A stretch of 64,000 nt of DNA, taken from NCBI RefSeq assembly GCF_009834535.1, contig NC_045696.1:89902001-89966000 (forward strand), written 5' to 3'. A model generated the notes under the pieces. That model was given only the letters and a program-made list of their open reading frames with translations. It was not told where the DNA came from and did not search any database. The stretch is from Camelus ferus (lineage: Eukaryota). Shown here in pieces: positions 13,825-26,692 of the stretch; the stretch's first letter is position 1, and each line of letters starts with the position of its first letter. The position numbers and the translations under genes were made by a program.

Positions 13825-14230
13825 AAATCCATTTTCTTGTCTTATTTTTATGTATCCTATAGGACTGTATTTCCCAGTCTCCCTTGAAGTTAGGTACGTC
13901 ATGTGACTGAGTTTAATAAAAATAATACGAGTTGAGTGACGTGTGTCTCTTTAGGCCTGGCCCATTAAATGCTTCGTTCTATGTGTGCTGCTCCATTTCC
14001 TTTTCCCTCTCTGGCTTGCTTTAAGTTTTGACTCTAGTGTGGCTTTGGACCCCACACATTGAAGATGGCAGAGCCTACACCATCCTGAGTTCTCTGAAAG
14101 ACTGTGTGAAGAAGGGCCACCCCACTGACCTGCTCAACTATCCAGTACTGAAACCTAATCAAGAAATAAACTTCTGTTGTGTTTGAGCTGTTATACTAAT
14201 GGGGATCTACTTATAACAAGAGAGCCTAAA
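13825..14230 (+). mobile_element. Old MaLR LTR (MLT1-like)
   Basis: atttcccagtctcccttgaagttagg..catgtgactgag...gaagatggcagagc...agaaataaacttctgttgtgtt. Confidence 0.65.
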
Positions 14231-14874
14231 TATACAATGTGTAGTATAAACCCAGTTACTGAAGGACAGATTCAAATTCAGAGCAGGGCCAGCAGCAAGG
14301 CTGACTTGATGTTGATCCCCTGAACTGATGGTCTGCAGCTTTGGAATTCCTCCCAATAGGTAGAGGACAGATAACAACCAGGATAGAATCTCTAAGGGTC
14401 GATTATGCAGCTACAGCTACACAGGTTGAAAGGATGAAGGCCAAAAAGGCTCTTACAGATTTGGCAATCCTGAACAGAATCGTGGCATTTATTAGAGATC
14501 AATAAACCCTAAATTTTTGTTCCTTCTTCATGCATTGAAGTATCTCCATGCTAGAGATAATGAAGAGATAAGGTATAATTCTGGTTCTGTTTTTACCCCT
14601 TTAACCTAGTTTTTTCCTTCTCAAATAGATTCAAGTGATGCATCTTACTCTCCCTCCTGGGTCTTTTTGTCCCCATCCTTTTAATTTTAATTCATTTCCC
14701 AATATCCCCCCTTCTCATGCCTTCTCAAATGGGTGGTTTCCTGGTGGCTCAGTCCGACTTGGGTAATCAGTTCTTAGAATTGCACAGTACCTTGCACATG
14801 AACCTAATGTTTGCTGAACAAAGAAATCATTATTGTTTCCTCTTTATAATGGGACAATACTGCACAGTCTCCTC

Positions 14875-15110
14875 TTGATGTTCAAGTTGAAAGGGACTTT
14901 GGAGGTCATCTAGTCCAATCACCACACATACACACACTCACACTCACCCTCCCACAACACAGAATTCCCTTTACAGCATCTCTGATTTGGCCCATCCAGT
15001 CTGTGCATGCATACTTCTGGTGACGAGAAGCTTACTGATTTACAAGAAAGCCTATGTCACTGAATGACAGCTCCAAAATTTAAAAAGTTGGTCTTATTTT
15101 AAATTTTAAA
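14875..15110 (-). mobile_element. L3/CR1 3' fragment
   Basis: aagggactttggaggtcatctagtccaa...cccatccagtctgtgc..atacttctggtgacgagaagcttact. Confidence 0.5.
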
Positions 15111-18100
15111 CAAATTTCTCCATAAAACTTTCATTAATTGCTAAGTGTTGGGTTGGATACTACATATTCCAATAGAAATTTCCTTGCTTGGGAGTTAGAA
15201 AAATATGGCTTCCAGCTCCACTTTTGCAGCTGACCAGCTAGCTGACCTTAGGCAAATTGTTTCCCCTCTCCTGCATGAAATGTCCTCAACTATGAAGTAA
15301 GAGGTAGGAAAAATATTATATTTAAGATCACTGATTAAAATAATGCTTATAACAGAAACCTGCTTATCACACACCACTAGACACTTCCCACCAGGCTAGC
15401 TCTGATTCATTAGTTAACACAATTTTGGTAAGGTTATTTAACCAGTCAAGAAAATCACCAATTTGTATTATTATTCCACCCACAATTTTTTATCTTCTCC
15501 ACAGAGATATCAGAAAATATCTTCATAGTTGTGCTGAAGTCCATATACAATGCCTGTATTTATATTCTTCATAGTCCCAACAAAAGTTAAATATGGGTAA
15601 ATGTGTATGACTTGCTTTAAGGCATTGATACTTGACATTCTTATCTAACTATCCTCAAATCATTAGGCCGAGTCTATCTTTAACCAGTTCTAAAAATATG
15701 AAGATACTTAATCACGGATAGTCAAAGGACATGATTTCTGTGCCAATACCATGATCTGCCCAGTACAGTTCCATCAGTTCCAGTGCACCCAAGATGAAAC
15801 TCCAGGTGCAGAGATGTTTCTTTCCTGCCATTGTGGTGCACAATGCATCAAGCACCAAAACAGCATCCTGGAGAAGTGTGCTTCGGGGATAACAACCGAA
15901 TGTTGAATTCAAACTGGGTTTTCCATCAAGGTGGGTCTTATTAATGGACTCAGGTGCTGTGTAATGTACTGTGTCAAGTGCCTAAGTGCAGATTAGATGG
16001 TGAAAAAGACATAAGTAAGATGAGAATTAGGAGCACAGGATAAATCAGGCAAGATGGAAATGGTCTGAATCCATCCCAATGACTGGCTGCCTGGATGTGT
16101 TTTACAAGCTCTGGCTTGAGTTTGCTTACAGGAAGGAGCCAGATTCATATACAGGGACTGGAATTTGAAAGATTATGTTAAAATGAGAAAAGCATGGTAC
16201 GGATTTACTTCTATTTGGAGGATATTTCTGATCTTTCAGCTTTCCTTGGAAAGTCTCTAAGCTCTGTTTAGTTTTCTGAAACAGTTCAGATTACTCCACA
16301 GTCTCTAGTAACATTTAATATAAATCTCAAATTGGTCAGGTCATATCTACTTAGGCCCACCATGTACTATAAAGTAGGAACATCCCTTGTGAGTACAAGG
16401 GGAGGAAAGGAACACTAACAATAAAGCAAAATAATGAGGACAAAAATCGTGTGATGGAAATCTCTATGCAGAAGCATCAGCCCAAGATGATGCTCTAGGA
16501 AGCTGGAGATCCGCCCTTGGGCACCTGATGTCATCTGAGCCCTACACATAATGCTAGAAACATACTGAAACAAGCCTGGAGTCCACTGGGAGCCAGTCGG
16601 GGTCCTGCTTGACTGAAATAACCCCAGGAACACCCATTTTCCTCTAAGAAGCTACCGTTTGGGAACTCCCTGTAACACATTCCACTTTCAGCTCTCCCCT
16701 ACTGAAACTGGTCCCTGTTGGGACTGTAGCTAAAGAGCTGCTTCTGGTCGAAAGCCGTGATGGAGACATGCAACAGAGTGGGTCTGTGAGTACCCTGGAC
16801 ATAAGAACTATTTCACAAAACCAGCTTCTCTCTCTTGGTGACAAAAAAGGTTGAAATCAGCAGTAAGAACCACACCTGTCAGTCAGCTCCCTCTATGTTC
16901 AGCCACCCTGCAAAGCATCCTAACTAGGGTGGTTTTCCTTAAGTAAATACACCCTTAAATCCTTCGTAACCAAAGGTTACAAAGCCTTTGCAAGGGTGGG
17001 TGGACCACAGAAAAGAGATAACACGAGCATATTTTTACATTGGCAAGAAAAGCAAAATGTCACTCAACTAAATTTAAGATTGTTCACACACATCTGCTAC
17101 CACCAGAATGTTATATTAAAAAAAGACGAAGAAGCAGCAGAAAGAAAGAAAAAGAAAGAAATGTGAATTAGCTCACAGTCTAAATAGTTCTGGACATTTT
17201 TCTGTTGTTCAGATGAGTTACGCTATTTCAACAATGATTGAAAGGCTATCAAGGCAGAAGCCAAAACACATTTGTGGTCTGTCATATAGCAACAATTTTT
17301 GGTTAAAGAAATACATAGACAACCATATCTCAACAAGAAAATGTATATGTTAGATAGCTGTTGTTATAAATACATCACTGAAATGTGTGCAAAAGAGCAA
17401 GAAATATAAAATGTCACACTTCAGAAAATATCATAAGTAAATCACATTCCTTAAAGATAGAGACAAAGATTGCTAGAAAATACATTTCTGAATCAGGTAG
17501 ATTTCCTCCCATTTCAGAATATAAAGCAAATGCATCTTACGACATGAACCTCAAATCCTCTAAATTAGGATGTTACAATCTAATCAACCAGAGTGATTTG
17601 TCCAAAGTCCACCACCAGCAAAAAATGGATACAGTTTATTATAAAGGAACAATCATAGTTTTAAAATCACAGAAATGTGCTCAACAGTGTGTCAAAGGCC
17701 CTACTTATTCATCTCTAAAAATCAAAGCATAATTACCAAATTTGTGGAAATTAAATTAAAAGAATCATAAATCTACCTTTAATTCTTTTCAAAAACAGAG
17801 TTCTTTTAAATATTGACATCAATTAAAGAACTCATCAGTAGATCTATCAAGCAAGGCTGACAAAAATATATAATAAGATCTCCTTAATATAAAATTTAGT
17901 CACAGCCTCCAAAATTTTGCACAAAATATACTGTCAAAACCTAAGTGCCATTTATCCAAAAATCAAATATCCCAAAACTAAAGAGTTAAGAAGCAACATC
18001 AAATTCACTTGAAATTATATATAACGGAAAGAATTAGTTATATTTGAATTAGAAGATTAGCTAAGTAAACTGCATTTACAGTGGTTTCTACATATGAGGA

Positions 18101-19109
18101 GAACTACTGAGGGAAATAAATTCTGTATTAGAATAATATAAAAAGATAGTTTTATTAGACTTTAAAATAAATGGTTCAACATAAATAAATGTTCCTTAAC
18201 TGGCTTGAGAAAAGATAATTATTTGTTAAATTATTTTTTTTATGACACTGTTCTCTTGGACAAATTTGAATAGTTAATCAAAATATCTGTGGAGGTCATT
18301 CTTCATAGCAATTCAAAGTATCATTTCTCCACTGGCTGTGTGATATAATATCATAGAACTACATTACACCTTTGACGATTTTAAGGAGGTGTTAAGATTT
18401 TTTTTTAAATAAACCATTTTTAAAATTTCTGGTTTGAACAGTTAAGATTGGACTACTTAGAAACTAAGTATTTCCGATGATGCCTCAAAGTATCTCTTCA
18501 GTGGCCCATATCAAATCATTTTATAAAAGGATCTGCCCTTTCAACTTGCTATAGGCTTTTATTGTATATATTTTATACCAGTAAATTTAAAATATCATAA
18601 GTCATCAAATATCCCCTATGTGTATCAACATTAGAATACCGAGACATTTGCTCATTTGTAAGTGAAGAATAATTTGCAGTTAAAAAGTTTAAAACTGTCC
18701 TTTCAATGTGCACAAATCAGAAACTACTTTCCAAAGAGAGCCCTGTTTTCACAAAAGGCAACAAACTGTACATTTGGAACTATTTAAATGAGTATATAAA
18801 AATGCTATCCAAAGCATTTTGTCTAAAAGCAATGCAATTATTCTGTGGCAAATTAAAACAAAAACTTAGATGATCAACATTCAAAGCACCAAACATTCAC
18901 ATACCAACCGATGCAATGAGAAAATAATTTTTCAAATCAACATATTAACACTTTCTAGTATTTTTAAATGACTAATCCTTTATTTGAAATGAAGACCATA
19001 TTTTTTATAGCTTAAATTTAAACTGCCTCGGTTAGAGTTTGGAGTTTCCTCTCCCGTATGTAAAAATATGATAGACCTAAAATAGATGACAGGCATTTGG
19101 AAAACTTAC

Positions 19110-19172
19110 ACTGTCAGGTTGCTTGCCCTGGTCACAGTCCCATGCCGTTGCTCGCTGCCCAGACCTCTCCAT
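19110..19172 (-). CDS. SCHIP1: SCHIP1 alternative first coding exon, 21 codons: MERSGQRATAWDCDQGKQPDS
   Basis: agcaccATGG strong Kozak; ends GACAGT|gtaagt (phase 0); matches recalled human SCHIP1 N-terminus MERSGQRVTTWDCDQGKHSDS. Too short for the ORF track. Confidence 0.93.
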
Positions 19173-19181
19173 GGTGCTGAA
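19161..19181 (-). promoter_or_regulatory. RE1/NRSE (REST-binding) motif overlapping the SCHIP1 start codon
   Basis: TTCAGCACCATGGAGAGGTCT versus the RE1 consensus TTCAGCACCnnGGA(C/G)AG; both half sites are intact with the canonical 2-nt spacer. Confidence 0.7.
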
Positions 19182-19900
19182 GAGTTACTTTTGCCCATTT
19201 GAGAGGAAAGAGTTGTTTATTTGAACTGGTTTTGCAAGAAATCCATAGAGTTGTCTCTGTTAGCAAGTGAAGTTATCTGAAGAATTTCTGTAACACATAC
19301 TACAAAGGAGATTCTTTGCCCTTCAGTTATCAACTACGAAGCTCACGCAGCTCAAAGAAGATTTTGGAGCAGAAATCTTCAAGTATTGACAAAAAAGAGA
19401 GAGAGCTCTTTGGAAGATGAAGTTTGCTGATTTTTTGTCGGTTTATTCAAATTCAAAAAAAGACACAGAATACAAGGCTACTCAGAGAACAGAGGATTCC
19501 AGAAAAGTTCTTGATCTTAATGCAAAAAGCAAGCTCCCATTAGTCGGAAGAAGCCAATTCACCTCATTCTATCATTGCATCTATTTTTTGATAAAAAAAA
19601 ATAATAAAAAGAAATATAGCTCAGAATTCCACAAGGCACCGCACACACTGTGTAAACAGGTATGCCTCGCTTTAGCCCCAGCCCCTGTCTACTGAAGATT
19701 ATCACAGCAGAAATCAGGCTCTTGTGGCTTTCACAGATTATCTCTTTCTGAGGCTGAAACGTATAAAGAGCCACATGACACCCAGTGATGTCATCTCTAA
19801 AGCAGGTCACAGTTGCTGCTGTATGTAGATGAAGTCCTTCTAGTGAAGTGTTTGGCAAAGGGATTTCCTTGAAAATCTACTTGCAATAAATAGTGTGGTC
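19173..19900 (-). promoter_or_regulatory. SCHIP1: Putative SCHIP1 5'UTR and internal promoter
   Basis: Repeat-free sequence directly upstream of the SCHIP1 ATG, with a CRE/ATF-like TGATGTCA near 19786-19793. The TSS cannot be determined from sequence. Confidence 0.45.
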
Positions 19901-20974
19901 TTCTATCAATATACTTAACCCTATCAATACAGTGCAATGAAGAGGAAATCAATGTAATCCTCACATGAGAAGCAGAATTTCTCTTTAAGATCAGCTTCTG
20001 GTGCTGCTTTAGGAAATGAATAGTTGTCATTAACTCGTAGTAATTATAGTGAAGATGGGCTGTGAGGGGAACTAGAGGAATGACAGAGACATGGAATCTA
20101 CGTCTAAAATGTCTCTCAGAATTTTTAGCAAGTTAAAAACATTATTGTTTAACATCAATCCATGAAGTTTACAAAATACAAATAAAGGCAACTGTCAACT
20201 GGAGACATTTTATTTAATAGAACTGAAGAATGTTTTATAGACAAAAAAATTTTACTAACACTATCTCTGAAAGATTTTGAGTATGTTTTCAAATACTGGT
20301 AGGAAACTTCTTTTACTCATTATTTCTAGATGTTTTTCAGCTCTGAATAAAGAAACAAAGTTTTAACTATAACTAATTTCTATATGTAACTGGTAATAAA
20401 TAGTATACACAGATATTATTTTAAAGAATGTATAATAATAAATAGCCATTTCCATTCTGTACAATGTATTTTGCCTTTTCTCAACTATGCAGTCATATAT
20501 CATAATTTAGGATTTTCAGTCATAGCTGACAGTCTCGTCAGCTAACTTTTAAATCATCTAATCTCTTTTCACACCAACTAAAAATCCTCACAGTCAAAGT
20601 GAAGAATAAGTTGAAGCTAATCTAATCAGTGCCTATTGAATATATCCTCTTTTAATAAATACCTCAATGGATCCAACAACAGAAACCTTCCTTGATGAGT
20701 ACAGTATTTATATTTTTGAGAAAGAAAAGAACAATAAATCTTAAAATGAGAAAACAGCATTTTCTACACAACCAGTGCCACTGGGAAAATTCTATTAAAA
20801 CAATAGTAGACATTTGATATCAGACCAGGAAAATTTTGCTTAGCCACCTTCTCAAGGCACATCATTACAACGCTAATACATAGAAGTGAAAAATCAGAAA
20901 AAATATTTATCACCTGGAGGATCATGTAAGTTTCTTAAATAAAATTGATTTTTTTTTTTACAATTTCCTTAACT

Positions 20975-21145
20975 CGGTGTTTTCTATACTTTAGCCATAA
21001 TGAGGATTACTTGAGATATTTTTTAAAAATACAGAATCCCAGGCCTCTTCCCAGATATTCTGATTTAAAAGATCTACTGTGGTTCTAAAATCTGTATTTT
21101 TTTTTAAAAAGCTGCCCAAGTGATGCTTATTTAGAAAAAACTGCA
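20975..21145. mobile_element. MER5-like hAT-Charlie fragment
   Basis: tttaaaaatacagaatcccaggcc...cccagatattctgattta...ctgcccaagtgatg. Confidence 0.55.
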
Positions 21146-21732
21146 ATAATTAATATATTACAAAGTATATAATCATATAAAAATCAAAATAAGTTTAAAA
21201 TATTTATGATAGCTATAATGAAAGCCCAAAAACTGTTGCTACATGAAATGTCCAATGTTGAGGACTCCCTTCTTCCCAACTCTTCAGATTTCCATTAGGA
21301 AGCACTTTCTGAAATACTCCCAGTCTCTGATTTCCACCCTTTAATCCAGTCCATGAAGGTGGAAGGAGTTACCCTAAGTGAGGAATTAGGAAAAGGAACT
21401 AGGCATCCCAGGCTCATTCTCCCTCCAGTTTTAATGGGATCCACCTCTCTGCAAGATCCATTGGGCAAGGCCAGCAGTATTCGGTGCTTCTCATGATTGG
21501 TAAGTCCCTAAATCCAAAGTTCACTAGTAGAAAGCCCAATGGCCACAAGTCCAATTTACACCCTCAAATACAGCTTTGACAGGAAATAAGGCTGAGATTT
21601 TGATATCCCTCTGCCTAAATCTTCTGCCTTTCAAAATAAGTTTCCAAATCAAGAACAGAAAAGGAGTTATTTATTGACTCCCTAAAACACCATCTTGCAA
21701 CACTGTTACGTTGTTGACTAGACAACCCTACT

Positions 21733-21805
21733 AGCCAGTTAATGTAACAAGTTTTATATGTAAACTCCATCAGCCAGTTAATATAACAAGTTTTATATGT
21801 GAACT
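21733..21805. repeat. 34-bp direct repeat, period 39
   Basis: agccagttaatgtaacaagttttatatgtaaact (21733-21766) / agccagttaatataacaagttttatatgtgaact (21772-21805). Confidence 0.9.
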
Positions 21806-24800
21806 AACTTAGTAAAATTTGCTTAATACAGCTGTAAATAGAGACCTATAAAAAGGAGATGTCATGTGTAAAAATTTCATTGGAAGTTTTCAAAATGCAA
21901 TGTTCAAATCATATTAATTTTATTACTGAGCCACTTAGAGACTCCAGCTCTTGGGACCTTTCTTCAACAACTAACGCTAAAATAGCTAGCACTTCCCAAA
22001 GTGTTCTATGCATTAGTAAGGAGTCCAATAAGATGTGATTCTTAATGAGTCTCATGGTCAAAGAAGTCTGGGAAACAAGAAAACAGTGACCCCCGACTCC
22101 GGCAAATTCAAAATGTGCGTTATCTTAGTAAGGCTCTAAGAAGTTCTATAGTAAACAGACCGGTTTATTTCACTCTTCCCCTAATTAGCATCAATACCCT
22201 ATGAGACTAGTACTCTAGGGTCCACGTTTTGGGAAATTTTGCTCTAGGAGATGTCTCAGCAGCCAGATTTTTGTTAGTAATAACACCTAAACCTTTTATA
22301 TGATTAATCAGTGAAATGTTATTGAGTATCCCCTCTAAGTTGCCAGTACATCTGTTACAAGAATTGCCAACCATGACCAGGGAATTATGAAAATTCTGTA
22401 AGGACAGAGGTTACATGTATTGGGGTGATCATTTTATCTCCAAAGGCCCAGCACCAAGTAGACGCTCAGATATTTGTTGAATGAGTGAAAGAATGATGTA
22501 GATCTAATCCATGGGTGTGAATAACTCCCCTTCCCTCCAAAGATGTGTTGTTTACAAAAAGAACGTCCTAAACAGGCTGAGGCCAATGAAATTTCCAGAA
22601 ACAAAAGGAATACAATAGTAGACCTCACGCCAGTTCCGCCACATCCAATTTCTTCTCAGATCCTAAAGCATCTTTCATACTCATCCAAAGAGTGAAATGC
22701 TGATTAGCTATGGTGAAACTGGATTTTGTAGGAGAGGGTGCACTCTGGGTCTAAACTAGGGATTCAGCGCTGTATCTCACCCAAGCTGCAGAATAAGGAC
22801 AGGACCTCCGTGAGGACAAATGCTGAGACTGGACTCAAGGTAAACTGCAAAGAGAACAAATTCTTTCTCTGCTCTCCTTGTGCAGAGTGAGGTGCTTCAT
22901 ATCTAGATCTTTGCATCTGTGCTCATAGGTCAATGACTGCGACTGCTTAGGAGGATTTAGTATATTGCTGTGGATGAATGAGTCAGTTATCAAACAAGGA
23001 ACTGTCAATGTTGCATATCATTCTGAACCCAGGAAATGTTCGATGTTAGCAGTCCTTAAAAAAAATTTTTTAATTCCCAAACTGAAACAACATGCTCATT
23101 TTTTAAACCTATCAAGAAAAATGTCCTCAAATCATTATGTTAAAAGGATGATTTGGGAAGAGGAATCTTTATGATCAATCAATGTTCAAAGATGTAAAAA
23201 GGAAAATGTTTGTGGTATACAGATATTTTTATACAATTCCATTTTATTCATTTAAACTGGTTATAATTATATGGCTATATAATATACGGTAATATATTAT
23301 ACAATTTCTAAAACTTTGTAACAGAAAACATTTGTTCTCTAAGACCGTGGTTAGAAGAAAAGAGAAATGTATTTACTTCTATGCAAACACCAAGAAGCTT
23401 TCTCTTTTGACATATGACTATTGGTATTCTCTGAACCAAAATCTGAGACAAATAGAATGATTAAAAAAAAAAAGTGCTATTTCGAGGTCTGAAAGGCTAG
23501 ATGTTAGATAGAGCCTGGGTGCTGAAACATTAGAACTCACGGGACCTAAATTTGTAACAGCTGGGCATAATACTGTAACTTGTCCCTGACCTGGAAAATC
23601 TAGGTTATTAAATTATTAAGTAGCACAAAGCTTACATTCTCTATAATTTTGCAGCTCTCAAGAGAGTATTGGAAGGGGTCCCAGAAAATCCTTTTTCAGA
23701 GCCTGAATTTCCTCCCAACACAAGTGCAACTTTACAGGAAGACTTTCTCTCTTTAGTCACTAGATTTTTCCTGATATATTGGAGGTATTAAATCTCAAAA
23801 AAGGGCAATAAAACTTGAGGATGATTAAGCATTTTGAATACCGGTGCACCTGCCGTGTTTGGCAGGCAGGCACAGTACTTGGGAAGGTCTGGGTGCTGCT
23901 GGGTGCTGACTACCCAGATACTCTTGCTAAAAGCCAGGACCACTCAAGCCAGCCTAGAAATATGAGACTCTACGGCTTTGCTCCAGGACAACTGAGGTAA
24001 CAGGGTCTTCAGGGGCCCAGATCACTGCTTGGGAATCTGCTCAAGATTTTTAAGAATTACAAAAACTGCTCAAGAATTACAAGGACTGTAATTCCTCCTG
24101 ACCAGGAGTGAAGAAAGGACTTGTGGCCGGGGTTGTGCAGCTGCTGGAACGGTGCTTTCTGCACTCACTCGCCTGAGAGGTGAGGCCACGGATCCCTGTT
24201 CTCCCCGACACGCTGCAGAACCTCCCATTTATTCTTTCTCAGGTAGAAGTGAGAGGACAATCTAGGCTTTCTTTCACTCTGTATGTGGGTGTGGGCTCTT
24301 AGAAGAGGGCTACTCATTTAGAGGCAAAAGTATTTGCACCTGGCTTAAACTTTGGACCTTGAAAATTAGCTTTAAAAGGAAAGACAAACACTAAAATAAA
24401 TGTTTAATTTATTACTCTTGTACAGCTCCAATCTCAGAACATGTGTATGTGCACATATATACTATGAATACATGTATATATGAATACAGGTATTCTAGGA
24501 CACAATCTGATTCTCATGGATTCATTTGGTGAATTGGAAACAGGCTCTGTGCCTGCACCCCTCACCCCAGTGGGAACCTAGGTAAAAATTTCACCTCTGC
24601 TCTTCACAAGTCGCCCACAGTGTTTTAAACGCATGGAGTATTTTCAAGAGCAGATTCAGAACTGACGATTTATTGAGAGCCTTCAGGGTCCAGGCTCTGT
24701 GCTGTTTTACATATGGAGTGCCATTCAGTCTTCACCGCAATAACAATCCATCTCTGAGGTGGGTGTTGTTTCCAGTTTGCAGATGAAGAAGGGCCTCTCA

Positions 24801-25689
24801 AGTGATTTATAACTTGGACTCACAAAAACAGTGGCAGAGCTGCTATTTTACGTCAGGTCCTCTCACCAAGCCAGGGCCTCATTCCATGAGCCACGCTGCC
24901 CCCTACAGGCCAGATCACAATAGTGTGGGAACCAATGGGAGAAAGTGGGTGTGGCCAGGAAGGCAGGCCCAGGCAGACAGAATCAATTCAAACCAAACCG
25001 GGCTGAGAATGTTCCCAAACAATCCAAAGATTTTTCTGGATTTATCTGCATGGATATGCTAATTATTTGTAAAAAAGGTATTAACCTAGTAGTTTACAAT
25101 GTCCTGGTCTGTAATTTCTTTCCATGATATGCTATTAGACAAGTTACAGATTTCTTGAAGCTGGGAACTAAAAGAGTAAGTATTTGGTCACATGAAATTG
25201 ATTAATAAAAAATAAACAAAGCATTTTCCAGTGTTTCCCTCTGTGCAATAACTAATATTCTTATGGTTTTTTAAAAAGAGTTATTCTCAATTGGTTATAT
25301 CTCAATTTGATACCAACAAGCACCATTTCCTAATAACAGTTGCTATTCAAAATTGCTATTTCCAAAACAAATTTTTCTGTTACCACATGATACACTGCGG
25401 TATAAGGGCACTTAATATGCAAATTGCTAACATAACTTAATATCATCTTCCCTCCTGTTGCTCTTTTATTTGGTACTGAGCAGCTGAGGTTTGAGGTTTT
25501 AATCAAAGAGCATTGAATGAGGCAGTTTATAAAATCAAATGAGTATTCTTTCATTCACTGTTTGTACCTACTAAATTGTAAAATAGTCTTAGAAAGGCAC
25601 TAATGCACTGATTATCTCTTTCACAGCTTGACCACATCTAAATGCAGGCTTACTTTCAAGTGTTACGATACAGCAGAATAGTGAAGCCT

Positions 25690-25870
25690 GCAGGCTCCAG
25701 CCCAGTGAGTAACCCAGGGCAAGTCAGTTCTCTCTTTAAGTTTCATTTTCATCATCTGTAAAATGGAGATAATAACAGTACCTCTTTCATATGGTCACAG
25801 AGAGGATTAAATGAAATAATCCACGGAAAGCATTAGCGAAGTCCCCGCCACGTAACAAGTGCTCAGCTCC
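25690..25870 (+). mobile_element. MIR SINE
   Basis: ggcaagtc...catctgtaaaatggagataataacagtacct...gaggattaaatgaaataat. Confidence 0.8.
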
Positions 25871-26359
25871 TATTAAGACGATGAATTTAAGAGCTCACAC
25901 TGAAACACTGCTGTTGCTATTTATTTTAGAGAAATATTCTAAGGACTTTATTAACCACCATGCTTAGCCTAAAGAGAGCAGGAGCACGCAGAAGCATCAT
26001 TCTCAGCTCAGCACAGGGCTCCTCCCCCACCTCCTCCCATCAGGTTGCTGGCTTCCCGTGCAGTCGCGTGCCTGGGGCAGACAGCTAGCATAGGCAGTAA
26101 TTGCAGTTATTATGCGCACAGGGTTCGTGAAGCAGCTGGCAAGGCCCATGGGTTAGGCAAGGGCAGACTGGCCTCCAACTGCGGCTGCATTAGAGGTTAG
26201 TAGAGGGTTAGTACTTGGGATGAGACAGGCAGCTGATCAGATGAGAGAAGACAGACCATGGTCTAGGCAGCAACAGTGATAGATGAAGCCCAGAGAAAGA
26301 GGGCTGAGGTTCAGCAAGCTGGAGGGGATCTAGTGGGAGCCAGAGGCCCAGAGAACCCC

Positions 26360-26692
26360 CTAGGGAGACACCATATTGAGAACATTTGACATGGACTGAA
26401 AGCTTTTAACCCTGAAGTTCCAAATGCACTCACTGATTATTAGAGAAAGCTCATCTCTTTGTGACAGGCTTAGCCAAGGGAGATCAGGGGTCTTCCTTAT
26501 CCCCTCCACAAACTTGAGGTCTACTTCAGAGAGGGGTAAAAGCAAGTCTTCTATCTGGGGTTCCTTGAGAATATACATGAACCCAGTGCATCTGGCAGGC
26601 TCGTCAAGGTGGAGTAGAGTCAGTTTCCTTTCATGGGGCTGCGACCAACAAAAGATGTAAGAATGGATCTTCATCAAAGAAGTCTCAGCGAA
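26360..26692 (-). pseudogene. IQCJ: Diverged homologue of the human IQCJ-specific terminal exon (FAETSLMKIHSYIFCWSQPHERKLTLLHLDEPARCTGFMYILKEPQIEDL...), canonical acceptor absent
   Basis: Track ORF 26360..26677 extended 5 codons upstream is colinear with recalled human FARAPVGKIHPYI...[27 protein letters not shown]. The bases before the first codon TTC are ctg, not ag. Confidence 0.65.
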
